Shown here piece by piece: positions 27,979-38,012 of a DNA stretch of 64,000 bases. The notes beneath the pieces are model-generated. The model was not told the DNA's origin. It searched no databases and worked only from the letters and a program-made list of their open reading frames with translations. The stretch covers positions 64,950 to 128,949 of IMG/VR virus record IMGVR_UViG_3300030376_006003; one strand, given 5' to 3'. Origin of the DNA: a virus. Its lineage: Duplodnaviria; Caudoviricetes. The position numbers and the translations under genes are program-made. Numbering within the stretch: position 1 is the stretch's first letter; every line of letters starts with the position of its first letter.

Positions 27979-28830
27979 ATGAATAAAATAGTAAATACAG
28001 GTAAAGTATATAAGTTTGATGAAGAGGGTTATATAATAAATCAAGCTAAAGTGTCAAAAATACAAGATAAATGGTTAGACGCATTAAATAGTATAATTGA
28101 TATATACAATAACCATGATTTCTTTACAGATAATATTCATAGTATATATGTTAGAGGTTCAGCAGCTGTTGGTCAAGCTTATGATAATATATCTGATTTA
28201 GATATAATAATTATTCTTAAAGGTCGTGTTAAAAGATCTAAAGGTCAATTAGATATACTATTACAAGCAAAAGCAATGGATTTTTTTGATTCATTAGAGA
28301 AGTATAGGAAGGATAATTATCCTTTTATAACTAAAATAGATAATGGACCTGCTATATATCTTAATAAACTTTTAAGTAGTGATGATCATTTATATGTTTT
28401 ATATAGATTTTATATTAAATATACAGCTACACATGTTTATGGTGAAAATATACATGACTCTTTACCAGCAGTACCTAAACATAAAGTACCTATGTATCAT
28501 CCTGCATTACCTTTACATTTAGGTCATATTGATGCTCAACCTGTTGATATAAGAATACATGGTAATCTTATGCAGTATACAGCAAGGAGAATAATAAGAT
28601 CTTCATTTGAGTTAACATATAATAGATCAAATGTATGGACTAGATGTTTAGTTCCTTGTTATGATATATTTAGTGAATATTATCCTGATAAAAAAGAGGA
28701 AATGAGAAATGTATTAGAAATAGCAATCTTTGGTATGAAAGATAAGACTAGAGATGATTATAATAAAATGATGGAAGTGGGTAAATGGTTAATAAAACAA
28801 ATAGAACAAGACTATGACAGAAAAGAATAA
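27979..28830 (+). CDS. Nucleotidyltransferase (Pol-beta superfamily)
   Basis: SIYVRGS...SDLDIIII GS-x-DxD motif with a helical C-domain. Confidence 0.8.
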   Translation: MNKIVNTGKVYKFDEEGYIINQAKVSKIQDKWLDALNSIIDIYNNHDFFTDNIHSIYVRGSAAVGQAYDNISDLDIIIILKGRVKRSKGQLDILLQAKAMDFFDSLEKYRKDNYPFITKIDNGPAIYLNKLLSSDDHLYVLYRFYIKYTATHVYGENIHDSLPAVPKHKVPMYHPALPLHLGHIDAQPVDIRIHGNLMQYTARRIIRSSFELTYNRSNVWTRCLVPCYDIFSEYYPDKKEEMRNVLEIAIFGMKDKTRDDYNKMMEVGKWLIKQIEQDYDRKE

Positions 28831-29014
28831 AGCATTAGAAATAGCTAGAAATTTAAATAGAACACTTAGTAATTTAATAGAAACAGTTGGTAGAGGAGAC
28901 AGCGCATTAAGAGATAATGCTATATGGGCTCAAACTAAACCATCAAAAGCAATATTAAAAGAAAAGTTAAATAAAATATGTAAGAAGCATAATATTAAAG
29001 AAGAAGAATTATAA
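28814..29014 (+). CDS. Hypothetical protein
   Basis: Translationally coupled ORF. Confidence 0.65.
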   Translation: MTEKNKALEIARNLNRTLSNLIETVGRGDSALRDNAIWAQTKPSKAILKEKLNKICKKHNIKEEEL

Positions 29015-29331
29015 TGGAAATACCTAAACACATATTAGATAAATTAAAGCTCCGTAAGGAGGAAGATATACAGACAGAAGCTGAAGAGTTAGAACAACTC
29101 AGAGCTGAAGAGAATACCAAGAAGTTCGTAACATCACTAGAAGTAGTAGATAAGATTGGTAAAGAGATAGGAGAAATGAGAAAATGGGAATCATATTGTA
29201 GTGATCCTAAGTTTTACAATCCTTTCCCTATAGATATATTGTCATGTAATAAAGAGCAGCTGTTACAATTGCTTATACATGCATATGGTACTGCTAAACA
29301 TCTAAAAGATAAGTTAGATGGGAAGAAATGA
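29014..29331 (+). CDS. Hypothetical protein
   Basis: TAATG coupling. Confidence 0.7.
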   Translation: MEIPKHILDKLKLRKEEDIQTEAEELEQLRAEENTKKFVTSLEVVDKIGKEIGEMRKWESYCSDPKFYNPFPIDILSCNKEQLLQLLIHAYGTAKHLKDKLDGKK

Positions 29332-30415
29332 AGTACAAGAGAAAGCATTAGAGATTGCTATTAGTAATAATAGATGTGGATTAGGTATATCAATGGGTGT
29401 TGGTAAAACCAGAGTAGGTTTACAACATATGATAAAGAACTATAATCCATTATCTAGTTACTTAGTAGTAGCACCTAAGAAATCTATATTTAATTCATGG
29501 AATCAGGAGATGGTTAAGACTGAGACTGAGGATATGCGTAAACATATTACGTATACTACCTATCTCAGCCTTAATAAGCATAATCCTAATGACTATGATA
29601 TAGTATACTTAGATGAATGCCATAGTTTATTATTAAGTCATGAAGAATTCTTGGCTCCTTTTAAAGGTAAGATCCTTGGTTTAACAGGGACACCACCTAA
29701 AAGAAGAGGGTCAGATAAATACTTTATGGTTAATAAGTATTGTCCTATGAAATATAAGTTCAGTGTAGATGATGCCTCTGATAATAAGATACTTAATCAG
29801 TATCAGATTATTATACATCATTTACAGCTGTCTAAAGTATCCAATTTAAAGAAGAGTACTAAAGATGGTAGGACATGGTATACTAGTGAACAGAAAGATT
29901 ATGAATATACATGTGGTAGAGTCAATGAGTCTGCTACACATAAACAAAGACAGTTCAATAGTATAATGAGAATGAGATCTATGATGGATTACACCACTAA
30001 AGAAGCCTATGCTAAAGGAATGCTTAAGCATATGGGTGAAAAGTGTATTATATTTGCTAACACACAGAAACAAGCAGATAGAATATGTAGTCATAGTTAT
30101 CATTCAGGTAATAAAAACTCAGAAGATAACCTAGAGTTATTTAGTGATGGTAGAATTGATAAATTATCATGTGTATTACAATTGAGCGAAGGTGTTAGTA
30201 TACCTGGACTTAAGCAAGGTATTATCTTGCATGCATATGGTAACAATAGAAAATCATCACAACGTATAGGTAGACTGCTACGCCTTAATCCAACAGAGAC
30301 TGCAACATGTCATATCTTATGTTATAAAGATACTGTTGATGAAGGATGGGTCAAGTCAGCATTACAAGAGTTTGATCAAAATAAAATTAAATATTATAAC
30401 CCTTTAGATAATTAA
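29318..30415 (+). CDS. Superfamily 2 (DExH) helicase
   Basis: MGVGKT, DECH, LTGT, EGVSIP, QRIGRLLR motifs. Confidence 0.9.
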   Translation: MGRNEVQEKALEIAISNNRCGLGISMGVGKTRVGLQHMIKNYNPLSSYLVVAPKKSIFNSWNQEMVKTETEDMRKHITYTTYLSLNKHNPNDYDIVYLDECHSLLLSHEEFLAPFKGKILGLTGTPPKRRGSDKYFMVNKYCPMKYKFSVDDASDNKILNQYQIIIHHLQLSKVSNLKKSTKDGRTWYTSEQKDYEYTCGRVNESATHKQRQFNSIMRMRSMMDYTTKEAYAKGMLKHMGEKCIIFANTQKQADRICSHSYHSGNKNSEDNLELFSDGRIDKLSCVLQLSEGVSIPGLKQGIILHAYGNNRKSSQRIGRLLRLNPTETATCHILCYKDTVDEGWVKSALQEFDQNKIKYYNPLDN

Positions 30416-30417
30416 AT

Positions 30418-30600
30418 ATGGAAAATAAAAAGAAAATATTTTTTACAATAATATGTATATATCTTCTTGCTGTAACAACAGCAGTTGCATTCCTTGTATT
30501 CTTAGTTACAGGAGAATTCATGAGAGCAGCTGTAGTATTACTTATTGAGTTAGCTTTATTATATATAGGTAAAACATTAAGAAGACAATGGTTTTTATAA
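30418..30600 (+). CDS. Small 2-TM membrane protein
   Basis: Two hydrophobic stretches. Confidence 0.6.
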   Translation: MENKKKIFFTIICIYLLAVTTAVAFLVFLVTGEFMRAAVVLLIELALLYIGKTLRRQWFL

Positions 30601-30672
30601 CAATAATAACAGGAATATTAGCATGCTGGGCATCTATATATTCACATTCATATTCAAAAATAAAATATAATT

Positions 30673-30891
30673 ATGGGAAAGATGAAAGAAATATACATGG
30701 AAATGTTACAAAAAGAAATGGACAATGTTCAACTTCACGTACCTCTTCAAAAAGAGCCTACGCAGATAGACATACTGTGTCCAAACTGCATGAAGAAAAA
30801 GCTAATGTTTCATACTATAACTGATATAAACTGCACTAATTGTGGACATGATTTTGTTCTTGTTGATGCTCAAACAGTTAGATTCAAATGA
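30673..30891 (+). CDS. Zn-ribbon protein
   Basis: CPNC...CTNCG. Confidence 0.7.
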   Translation: MGKMKEIYMEMLQKEMDNVQLHVPLQKEPTQIDILCPNCMKKKLMFHTITDINCTNCGHDFVLVDAQTVRFK

Positions 30892-30998
30892 GCATAATAG
30901 CAAACATAGCAGTGCATGCTGCAGGATTAATTATATCAATTATTATTATATGTATAATACATGATGTATTTTATATAATAAAAAATAAAGATAAATGA
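30888..30998 (+). CDS. 36-aa single-TM peptide (not in ORF track)
   Basis: MSIIANIAVHAAGLIISIIIICIIHDVFYIIKNKDK with ATGA overlaps at both ends. Confidence 0.55.
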   Translation: MSIIANIAVHAAGLIISIIIICIIHDVFYIIKNKDK

Positions 30999-32074
30999 AA
31001 AGGATTGCAATAGTTGGTGCTGGTAATGCTGGTTGTATAACCGCATTAGAATTATTACAGAAAGAAAAGTCTGAGATAATTATATATCATGATCCTAAAG
31101 AGCATCCTATAGAGAAGGTAGGACAGGGGACTTTTCCTCAGTTCCTACTAACTCTATTTAATACTCTTGATGTTAATTGGTATAATAATCCTATTGATAT
31201 GACTGTAAAGGCTGGTATATTATATAAAGGTTGGGGTAAAAAAACAAATGAAACTTTTCATCCTTTTGATGGTAATATTGTAGCTGCTCATTTTGTTCCT
31301 CAAAAGTTATCAGATTTATTTTTAAACTCTGGATTTACACAAGTAATAGAAAAGAATATTAAGGACCCTGAAAAGGAGATAGATGCTGATTATATATTTG
31401 ATTGTAGAGGTAGACATAATAGGAATAAAGATAACTATGATGAAATCATTAGTCCTATAAATGCTGTACTTCTTGCTAGCAATTTTAAATCTAGTAATAA
31501 TGATGCAACATATACACAAGCAGTAGCTACACCAAATGGTTGGACATTTATTATACCTAATAAAAATACTATATCATATGGTTATCTTTATAACAGTGAA
31601 GTAACATCTGCTCAGCAGGCGGGAGAAGACTTTATAAAAAGATTTGATATATCTGAAATCACTGATGCAATTTCTTTTGACAATTATGTTGCTAAGGATA
31701 TGTTTGTAGGAGAGAGAACTATACTACAAGGAAATGCATATGGATTTGTAGAACCATTAGAAGCAACAGCAATTGGTCTCTATCAGAACCTTGCTAATCA
31801 AGCTAGTAAAACTATATTTAATAATAAGGATAAGGTTAAGGTTAATAAAAAAATAAGAAAACTCATGAGTAATATTGAGACATTCTTACTTTGGCATTAT
31901 CAATTTGGATCAAAGTATAATACACCTTTCTGGGAATATGCTAAGAGTTTACCATTTAATCCGGATCCTTTCTTTAAAGAATATGTAGCTAATGTAGATA
32001 CTAACTCAAGAGGTTTAATCTATAGTCCCTGGACCAATGTAGGATTTAAGGTTTGGAAAGACTATGTAATATAA
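30995..32074 (+). CDS. Flavin-dependent (tryptophan) halogenase-like protein
   Basis: GAGNAG FAD motif, VGQGT, TVKAGI (catalytic Lys position), WTFIIP (WxWxIP variant), FVEPLEAT. Confidence 0.85.
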   Translation: MKRIAIVGAGNAGCITALELLQKEKSEIIIYHDPKEHPIEKVGQGTFPQFLLTLFNTLDVNWYNNPIDMTVKAGILYKGWGKKTNETFHPFDGNIVAAHFVPQKLSDLFLNSGFTQVIEKNIKDPEKEIDADYIFDCRGRHNRNKDNYDEIISPINAVLLASNFKSSNNDATYTQAVATPNGWTFIIPNKNTISYGYLYNSEVTSAQQAGEDFIKRFDISEITDAISFDNYVAKDMFVGERTILQGNAYGFVEPLEATAIGLYQNLANQASKTIFNNKDKVKVNKKIRKLMSNIETFLLWHYQFGSKYNTPFWEYAKSLPFNPDPFFKEYVANVDTNSRGLIYSPWTNVGFKVWKDYVI

Positions 32075-32079
32075 ATAAT

Positions 32080-32274
32080 ATGAATAAAGAATATATAGGA
32101 GCTATAACATTTATAAGTATGACTATACTGTGGATTATTGTAATGGATCATTGTATGGAACCATTACCTCAACCTACTGAGGGCATACCACATAACTACT
32201 GGGTGCCTGATGCTGATACATCAGATGAATACAGAATGTGGATAGGTGGTGATGGAGACACAATATGGGAATGA
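32080..32274 (+). CDS. Small membrane-anchored protein
   Basis: ATG at 32080; N-terminal TM segment. Confidence 0.55.
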   Translation: MNKEYIGAITFISMTILWIIVMDHCMEPLPQPTEGIPHNYWVPDADTSDEYRMWIGGDGDTIWE

Positions 32275-32304
32275 TCACTATCATCACGGCACTCACATAA
32301 ACAC

Positions 32305-32991
32305 ATGACTATGGAATTTATAAAAAAATATGACAATTACTTATCACATGAAAATTGTGACTATATAGTTAATATGCTTAATACAAGAAAAGATTTACTA
32401 TATGAAGGGATAACAACAGGTGGTAAAAGGAAAGACCTTAAAGTATCTAAAGATCTTAACCTTATAGATATAAAAGATGACCTTATTCTATCTAATAAAG
32501 TGTTACCGGCAATGAGAGCTGGTATAACAAAAGCATTATTGCTTTATAATAGACAGCATTCTTTTGTACCAAATCACATGAAACTCGTTGATATTGATGA
32601 TTCTACATTAATGAAAGTATTACAACATCATACAATCATAGATGGTAACAGCGCTTTATGTCATGTTTGGGAAAAAGGAGAAGGATTTTATAATTGGCAC
32701 ATGGATCTTGGCCCTAGTGTAAGAGCATCAGCTAGAATATTAGTCTGTATGTTTTACTTAAATGATGTTGAAGAAGGTGGAGAAACCGCATTCTATCATC
32801 AAAATATGGAGAGTAAACCTACTAAAGGAAGCTTAGTAATATTTCCAGCAGATTGGACTCATTTGCATAGAGGTAATATGCCTATTAGTAATACTAAATA
32901 CATATGTAACTTTTGGTTACTAAGAAAGAATCCATTAATAGAAAAATTAAGTATAAAAGAAAATTGGAAACAATATGAAGCAAACATATAA
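32305..32991 (+). CDS. 2OG-Fe(II) oxygenase
   Basis: WHMD...YLNDVEEGGET.F...FPADWTHLHRG...KY. Confidence 0.9.
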   Translation: MTMEFIKKYDNYLSHENCDYIVNMLNTRKDLLYEGITTGGKRKDLKVSKDLNLIDIKDDLILSNKVLPAMRAGITKALLLYNRQHSFVPNHMKLVDIDDSTLMKVLQHHTIIDGNSALCHVWEKGEGFYNWHMDLGPSVRASARILVCMFYLNDVEEGGETAFYHQNMESKPTKGSLVIFPADWTHLHRGNMPISNTKYICNFWLLRKNPLIEKLSIKENWKQYEANI

Positions 32992-33334
32992 TACAGTATT
33001 AGTAAAACGTAATGGTAAGTTAGAACATACAATACAAGCTAAGGAAGATATACTTAATCAAATAATTAAAGATCTTCCTGAAGGTACCAAGATAGAGGTA
33101 TTTGCTAACACTGCAGGCAGTAAAGGTAGTAATGCTCAGCTTGCAAAGATTCATGCTATGATTAGACAGTTATCTGAAGATACAGGTAATGATGTAGTAG
33201 ATATGAAGAAATATGTAAAACAACACGCAATGATTGATAAGTCATTTGCTGATTGTGACACAGGAGAATTAAGTAGTGTAATACAAGTAATATATAACTT
33301 AGGAGATAAAGTTGGATCTAATCTTAGAGATTAA
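32975..33334 (+). CDS. NinB-like protein
   Basis: S.AQLAKIHAMI..LS..TG...MK..VK...SFADC...ELS..I pattern. Confidence 0.5.
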   Translation: MKQTYNTVLVKRNGKLEHTIQAKEDILNQIIKDLPEGTKIEVFANTAGSKGSNAQLAKIHAMIRQLSEDTGNDVVDMKKYVKQHAMIDKSFADCDTGELSSVIQVIYNLGDKVGSNLRD

Positions 33335-34008
33335 TCCTCACCTTTCTCTCTTTTTTGTTGTCTTAAAATTTTAGCTATCCTTCTTTCTTCTAATTCTTCA
33401 GCAGTTCTATTAACTTTATGTTTTGCACTAGTTTTCCTTACATTTCTTTGTTTTCTTCTATGACTTTTAGTACCAGGTATAGTAGTTTCATCATGATTTA
33501 TGATTTTATCAGCACGTGGTGTTACTGGTTTATCATCATTAACTTTTGTTAAAGCTTCTTTATGATTAATTTGTCTTTCCTCTAATTCTTCTTGAGTTAA
33601 AGGAGTTAATGGTTCACTACCAGTAACGCCACCAAATATATGTGACATTATTTTGTCTCTATCATATATTTTAGTTTTATTTTGTACACCTGCATTTAAA
33701 CTAAAGTTAGCTAGAAGATTACTAACTGCCCATAAAGCAAGTGCATGTTGACTTATATCTGCTGGTTTTAAACCATCAAAATTATTTGCAATCAGATTAG
33801 CTGATTTAATAACTTCAGCTTCTGGTTCACATTGATATAGATATTCTAAAACTTTATTAAGTACACGACTAAATTGTCCTGATACTTCTATTGTTACAAT
33901 ATCCTCATCAGGTACTGCAGCAAAAGTATTAAGAGGTAAAGCTTCTGATGCTTCTAATGCTGCTTTCATTTTTGCTGAATTTACTTCAGCTTCTGAATAT
34001 TCTGACAT
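33331..34008 (-). CDS. Lone minus-strand hypothetical protein with basic C-terminus
   Basis: 225-aa ORF with its own TATCTTTG element. Confidence 0.75.
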   Translation of the reverse strand: MSEYSEAEVNSAKMKAALEASEALPLNTFAAVPDEDIVTIEVSGQFSRVLNKVLEYLYQCEPEAEVIKSANLIANNFDGLKPADISQHALALWAVSNLLANFSLNAGVQNKTKIYDRDKIMSHIFGGVTGSEPLTPLTQEELEERQINHKEALTKVNDDKPVTPRADKIINHDETTIPGTKSHRRKQRNVRKTSAKHKVNRTAEELEERRIAKILRQQKREKGED

Positions 34009-34028
34009 AGTATTAATTTTTTATACTA

Positions 34029-34087
34029 CAAAGATATATATTATCAGAGAAATATACAAGTTATTAGTAGGGAATTTATTATATTTG
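34029..34087. promoter_or_regulatory. Divergent pair of Bacteroidota-type promoters
   Basis: TATCTTTG on the minus strand (34029-34036) and TATATTTG on the plus strand (34080-34087). Confidence 0.7.
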
Positions 34088-34107
34088 TAAAACCAAAAAC
34101 AAGAATT

Positions 34108-34569
34108 ATGACACTAGCAAAAGACGGGTTAACCGTTGATACTCAAGACTTTGTGAAAAAAGTTAAAGAGACATACAACCTAGATGTAAACGTTATACTA
34201 GGTGGTACAATTTTAGACCAAAAAACCGGTAATAAGATTGCATTAGATATACTTAGAGATGAAGCATTCCAAGCAATGTGCATGTATGATCCAAGTTTAT
34301 CTAAATATTTATCAATGAAAAGTAAAGGAAGAAAGAGAGAATTTATAGTATGGTCTCAATGCTTTCAATACTTAGCATGGATGCATGGATATTCTAAACT
34401 TGATATAGCCAAAAATCTTATGAAGAATCATGCTACTGTTATAAGTAGTATTAAAAAAGTAAGTGATGCTATAGACGGTTACAACCCGGATCTTAAAGAG
34501 ATCTATGATTATTTAAAAAATTATTATTTAACACATGTGGGAGATATTACAAAAAATATTAAAAGATAA
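34108..34569 (+). CDS. DnaA domain-IV-like HTH protein
   Basis: SKGRKRE...YLA...S..DIAK.L.KNHATVISSIKKV matches the DnaA C-terminal (DHTTV) signature. Confidence 0.75.
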   Translation: MTLAKDGLTVDTQDFVKKVKETYNLDVNVILGGTILDQKTGNKIALDILRDEAFQAMCMYDPSLSKYLSMKSKGRKREFIVWSQCFQYLAWMHGYSKLDIAKNLMKNHATVISSIKKVSDAIDGYNPDLKEIYDYLKNYYLTHVGDITKNIKR

Positions 34570-35128
34570 CATAACACCTAATCAACTCATGTTGTTATAT
34601 GCATTTGACAAGAGTATAGGTGTACCTCACATTAATCCTGATTTAGAACTTAAAGGATTAATTAAGGCAGAATATATAACAAAGATAGATAATAGTTATG
34701 CTATAACATTAGCTGGTAAAAAGATAATGGTAAAGTATAATAATTATTTTGTGAAAGCAAAAACAAAGACTAGTATATCATTAATGGGTAAGAACTATAC
34801 TGTAGCAGTACAGCAGTATAGAGAGATGTTTCCTAAGATGAAATTACCTAGTGGTAAGCCTGCAAGGGTTAACATTAAAACATTAATAGATTGTTTCAGA
34901 TGGTTCTTTGAAAATTATAATTATACTTGGAATGAGATATATGCAGCAACACGTAAATATCTTAATGAGTATGAAGATAATGGTTACATGTATATGAAGA
35001 CTAGTCAATACTTTATAGTTAAGACATTGCCTAATAAGAATAAATCATCTGACCTTGCTGATTATTGTGATATGATTAAAGAAGGAACTGATGATGACAC
35101 TAACCATTTTAAAGAGAAAGTAGTATGA
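34535..35128 (+). CDS. Putative replication initiator/helicase-loader-like protein
   Basis: wHTH-like N-terminus (GLIKAEYI...ITLAGK); coupled to DnaB. Confidence 0.45.
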   Translation: MWEILQKILKDNITPNQLMLLYAFDKSIGVPHINPDLELKGLIKAEYITKIDNSYAITLAGKKIMVKYNNYFVKAKTKTSISLMGKNYTVAVQQYREMFPKMKLPSGKPARVNIKTLIDCFRWFFENYNYTWNEIYAATRKYLNEYEDNGYMYMKTSQYFIVKTLPNKNKSSDLADYCDMIKEGTDDDTNHFKEKVV

Positions 35129-36075
35129 GTAAAAATGCATGGGGTGGACAATACACAGCCTTTAATGAGGCACTTAAATATATGTTAGATAGACAGGCCG
35201 GTAGAGAGAAATCTATACAAACACCATGGCCTAAGTTTAATGATGCTATTACTGACGGATTAGAATGGAATACTCTTACAGTTATAGGAGGTAGACCAGG
35301 TTCAGGTAAGACATTAATAAAAGATCAAATTATTAGAGAATCTTTTGTACATAATCCTACTGATAACTTCCGTGTTCTTGAATTTCAATTTGAAATGGTG
35401 GGCAGAACTTCAGCAATAAGAGAGTTTAGTTCTATTACAGGTAAGACATACAAAGAGTTATGTAGTGCAGGTACTGTTCTTGATCAATTGACCTTTGATA
35501 AATGTCATAACTATGCTAAGTCTAGGGTTAAGAATCCGGTGGATATTATATCTACACCTATGACTGTTAATCAAATGCGTGAGCAAGTTGATATGTATAT
35601 GAATGAACACCAAGGTCAGAAGACTATTATAACTTTAGATCATACTATTCTTGTAAAGAGAGCACCATATCAGAACAATAGATTGGATATGTTATTTGAA
35701 CTAGGGGAATTCTTTACGCAAGTTAAGCGTGAGTATCCCGTGATGTTTATAGCGCTGTCTCAATTGAATAGGAATATAGATAATCCTGAAAGAGCAGTAG
35801 ATGGTAAGTATGGTAATTATGTACTTGAGTCAGATATATTTGGTTCAGATGCAATGTTACAACATGCTGATACTTTAATTGGTATTAACCGGCCAGCTAA
35901 GCAGAAGATTAGATTGTATGGTCCTGATAGATATATCATACAAGATGATAAAACACTAGTATTACATTTTCTTAAGGCAAGAAACGGGGATGCCCGTATG
36001 AGTTTCTTTAAAGCTGCCTTTGAGAGAATGGAAATCATGGAGATGGACACACCTCCTCAACAAGAAAGAAGATGA
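35125..36075 (+). CDS. dnaB: DnaB-like replicative helicase (C-terminal ATPase domain only)
   Basis: GGRPGSGKT, FQFEM, LDH, LSQLNR, SDIFGSDAMLQHAD, KARNG; only 316 aa. Confidence 0.9.
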   Translation: MSKNAWGGQYTAFNEALKYMLDRQAGREKSIQTPWPKFNDAITDGLEWNTLTVIGGRPGSGKTLIKDQIIRESFVHNPTDNFRVLEFQFEMVGRTSAIREFSSITGKTYKELCSAGTVLDQLTFDKCHNYAKSRVKNPVDIISTPMTVNQMREQVDMYMNEHQGQKTIITLDHTILVKRAPYQNNRLDMLFELGEFFTQVKREYPVMFIALSQLNRNIDNPERAVDGKYGNYVLESDIFGSDAMLQHADTLIGINRPAKQKIRLYGPDRYIIQDDKTLVLHFLKARNGDARMSFFKAAFERMEIMEMDTPPQQERR

Positions 36076-36575
36076 CGCCACAAGAACGTAAAGCAAAAGT
36101 TAAAAAATTATTGGAAGAACACGCAGACTATTTCTCTAGTAATAATATAGAGAAGCCTGCATATATACCTAAGATGGCTTATAGGCCTACTGGTAAGGAT
36201 GAATTACATGTTACATTCTTTCCAAGTGAATTAGAAAATAACATGGATATATATACAGAATTTGTTAGCATTGAATATGACTCTGAAGATCCTAAGAGAA
36301 CACTATACTTACTTAAGTATAATCCTCATTGGAAAGAAGAGTATGAATTGATTACAAGTAACTCAGGATTCCAAAGACATATGGTACCTGTAGGTGAATT
36401 GAAAGCAATTAATGATGTTACACATAGGGGTCAAAGTAAAATAGAAAAGGAAGATCTAGCTGTAGCATCAGGTAAGTTTGATGCATTACCTAACCCAGAG
36501 ACTGAAAGGGATATAGTTGATGTGCTCAAGGGAATAGAAAAAGCATTACTAAGTATTAATCAAAAATTGAAATAG
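36072..36575 (+). CDS. Hypothetical replication-module protein
   Basis: Translationally coupled ORF. Confidence 0.75.
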   Translation: MTPQERKAKVKKLLEEHADYFSSNNIEKPAYIPKMAYRPTGKDELHVTFFPSELENNMDIYTEFVSIEYDSEDPKRTLYLLKYNPHWKEEYELITSNSGFQRHMVPVGELKAINDVTHRGQSKIEKEDLAVASGKFDALPNPETERDIVDVLKGIEKALLSINQKLK

Positions 36576-36576
36576 A

Positions 36577-37260
36577 ATGGCACAAAGCGTATTAGTCATA
36601 GCTGACTCAGGGACAGGTAAGTCCACATCAATTAGAACATTAAGTTCTAAAGAAACATTTATTATAAACATTGCAAATAAACCTCTACCTTTCAAGGGAT
36701 GGAAAAAAGATTATGTAAATATATCTAAAGATAATCCTAAAGGTAACATGACATCAGCCGCTTCAGCTGCTGGTATTATAAAGGCAATGAAGCATGTTAA
36801 TGATAAGATGCCACATATTAAAACGTTAGTCATAGATGACTGGCAGTATATGTCCAGCTTTGAATACTTTGATAGAGCTAATGAAAAAGGATATGATAAG
36901 TTTACTCAGATTGCAGCTAACTTGGCGCAGGTTGCTAAGATGCCTAAAGATATGAGAGAAGATTTAACTATATTCTTCTTAACTCACTCAGAAGATTCAA
37001 CAGATATTAATGGACACCGTAGGGTTAAGGCAAAAACAATTGGTAAAATGATTGACAACACCTTGACACTAGAAGGGTTATTTTCTATAGTATTATTTGG
37101 TCGTGTAAAGAGAGATGAAGACGGCACATTACACTATGGATTTGACACTGTAACTAATGGAGAAAATACTTGTAAATCTCCAATAGATATGTTTGAAGAA
37201 ACATTTATAAATAATGATCTACAGTTAGTTAAAGACTGTATAACAGAGTATGAACAATAA
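36577..37260 (+). CDS. Sak4-like/AAA_24 ATPase (single-strand annealing)
   Basis: ADSGTGKST, LVIDD, FLTHSE, CKSP motifs; followed by an SSB-like gene. Confidence 0.8.
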   Translation: MAQSVLVIADSGTGKSTSIRTLSSKETFIINIANKPLPFKGWKKDYVNISKDNPKGNMTSAASAAGIIKAMKHVNDKMPHIKTLVIDDWQYMSSFEYFDRANEKGYDKFTQIAANLAQVAKMPKDMREDLTIFFLTHSEDSTDINGHRRVKAKTIGKMIDNTLTLEGLFSIVLFGRVKRDEDGTLHYGFDTVTNGENTCKSPIDMFEETFINNDLQLVKDCITEYEQ

Positions 37261-37285
37261 TTAATTAATCAAAAAAAAAGAAAGT

Positions 37286-37972
37286 ATGTTAAGTACAAAA
37301 GACATGTCCGTTGGGAGCGGCAAAGCAAGACCTTTAATGGGTCCAGGAAACACAGTAGTTAGAATAAATAGTATAAGCATGGACAAGACTCCATGGGATG
37401 CACAAGCATTTCAAGTATATTTACATATGGAAACTCAGCCTGTTGGAGGAGAGTTTGAAGGATTCCTACGTGATCAGAACAATGAATCATTAGGAAGATA
37501 TGATGGTCAGATAGGTAGAGTTAGAATGTCCCCATTCCCATATAAAGATACTACGTTAGATAATGGTAGAGAGATTAGCAAAGATCAAGAGATTTTGAAA
37601 GCTATGATATTTGTTAGTGAAGTATTAGGTAAGAGAGATGCTTTAGATAACATTGAGGCAGCTACAATTGAAGACTTCATTGGTAAATGTAATGATTTAT
37701 TTTCTACCAGCGGCTTCTTTAACGTATGCTTAGCTAGCAGAGAGTGGGAGAATAAAGATGGTTATATTAATAATGATCTATATTTACCTAAGCTATCTAA
37801 GGATGGTATACCTATGGAAGCATTAGATACAGAGAACAGTAGATTAATTAAATTTGATAAGTCTACACATGTTAGAGCTGTAAACAATGGTTCTACCAAT
37901 GGTACTACAAGTGCTGCTAGCTTTGAGCCAGCTGCTGCTAATGGTGCTGGTACTTCTGACTTTGAGTTGTAA
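37286..37972 (+). CDS. Putative ssDNA-binding protein
   Basis: Follows the Sak4-like ATPase; beta-rich with a flexible tail ending SDFEL. Confidence 0.6.
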   Translation: MLSTKDMSVGSGKARPLMGPGNTVVRINSISMDKTPWDAQAFQVYLHMETQPVGGEFEGFLRDQNNESLGRYDGQIGRVRMSPFPYKDTTLDNGREISKDQEILKAMIFVSEVLGKRDALDNIEAATIEDFIGKCNDLFSTSGFFNVCLASREWENKDGYINNDLYLPKLSKDGIPMEALDTENSRLIKFDKSTHVRAVNNGSTNGTTSAASFEPAAANGAGTSDFEL

Positions 37973-37978
37973 TATTAA

Positions 37979-38010
37979 ATAGAGGGGGTGGGAAACCATC
38001 CCCTTATTTA
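37979..38010 (+). terminator. Terminator
   Basis: GGGGGTGG-GAAA-CCATCCCC followed by a T-rich tail. Confidence 0.75.
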
Positions 38011-38012
38011 TT

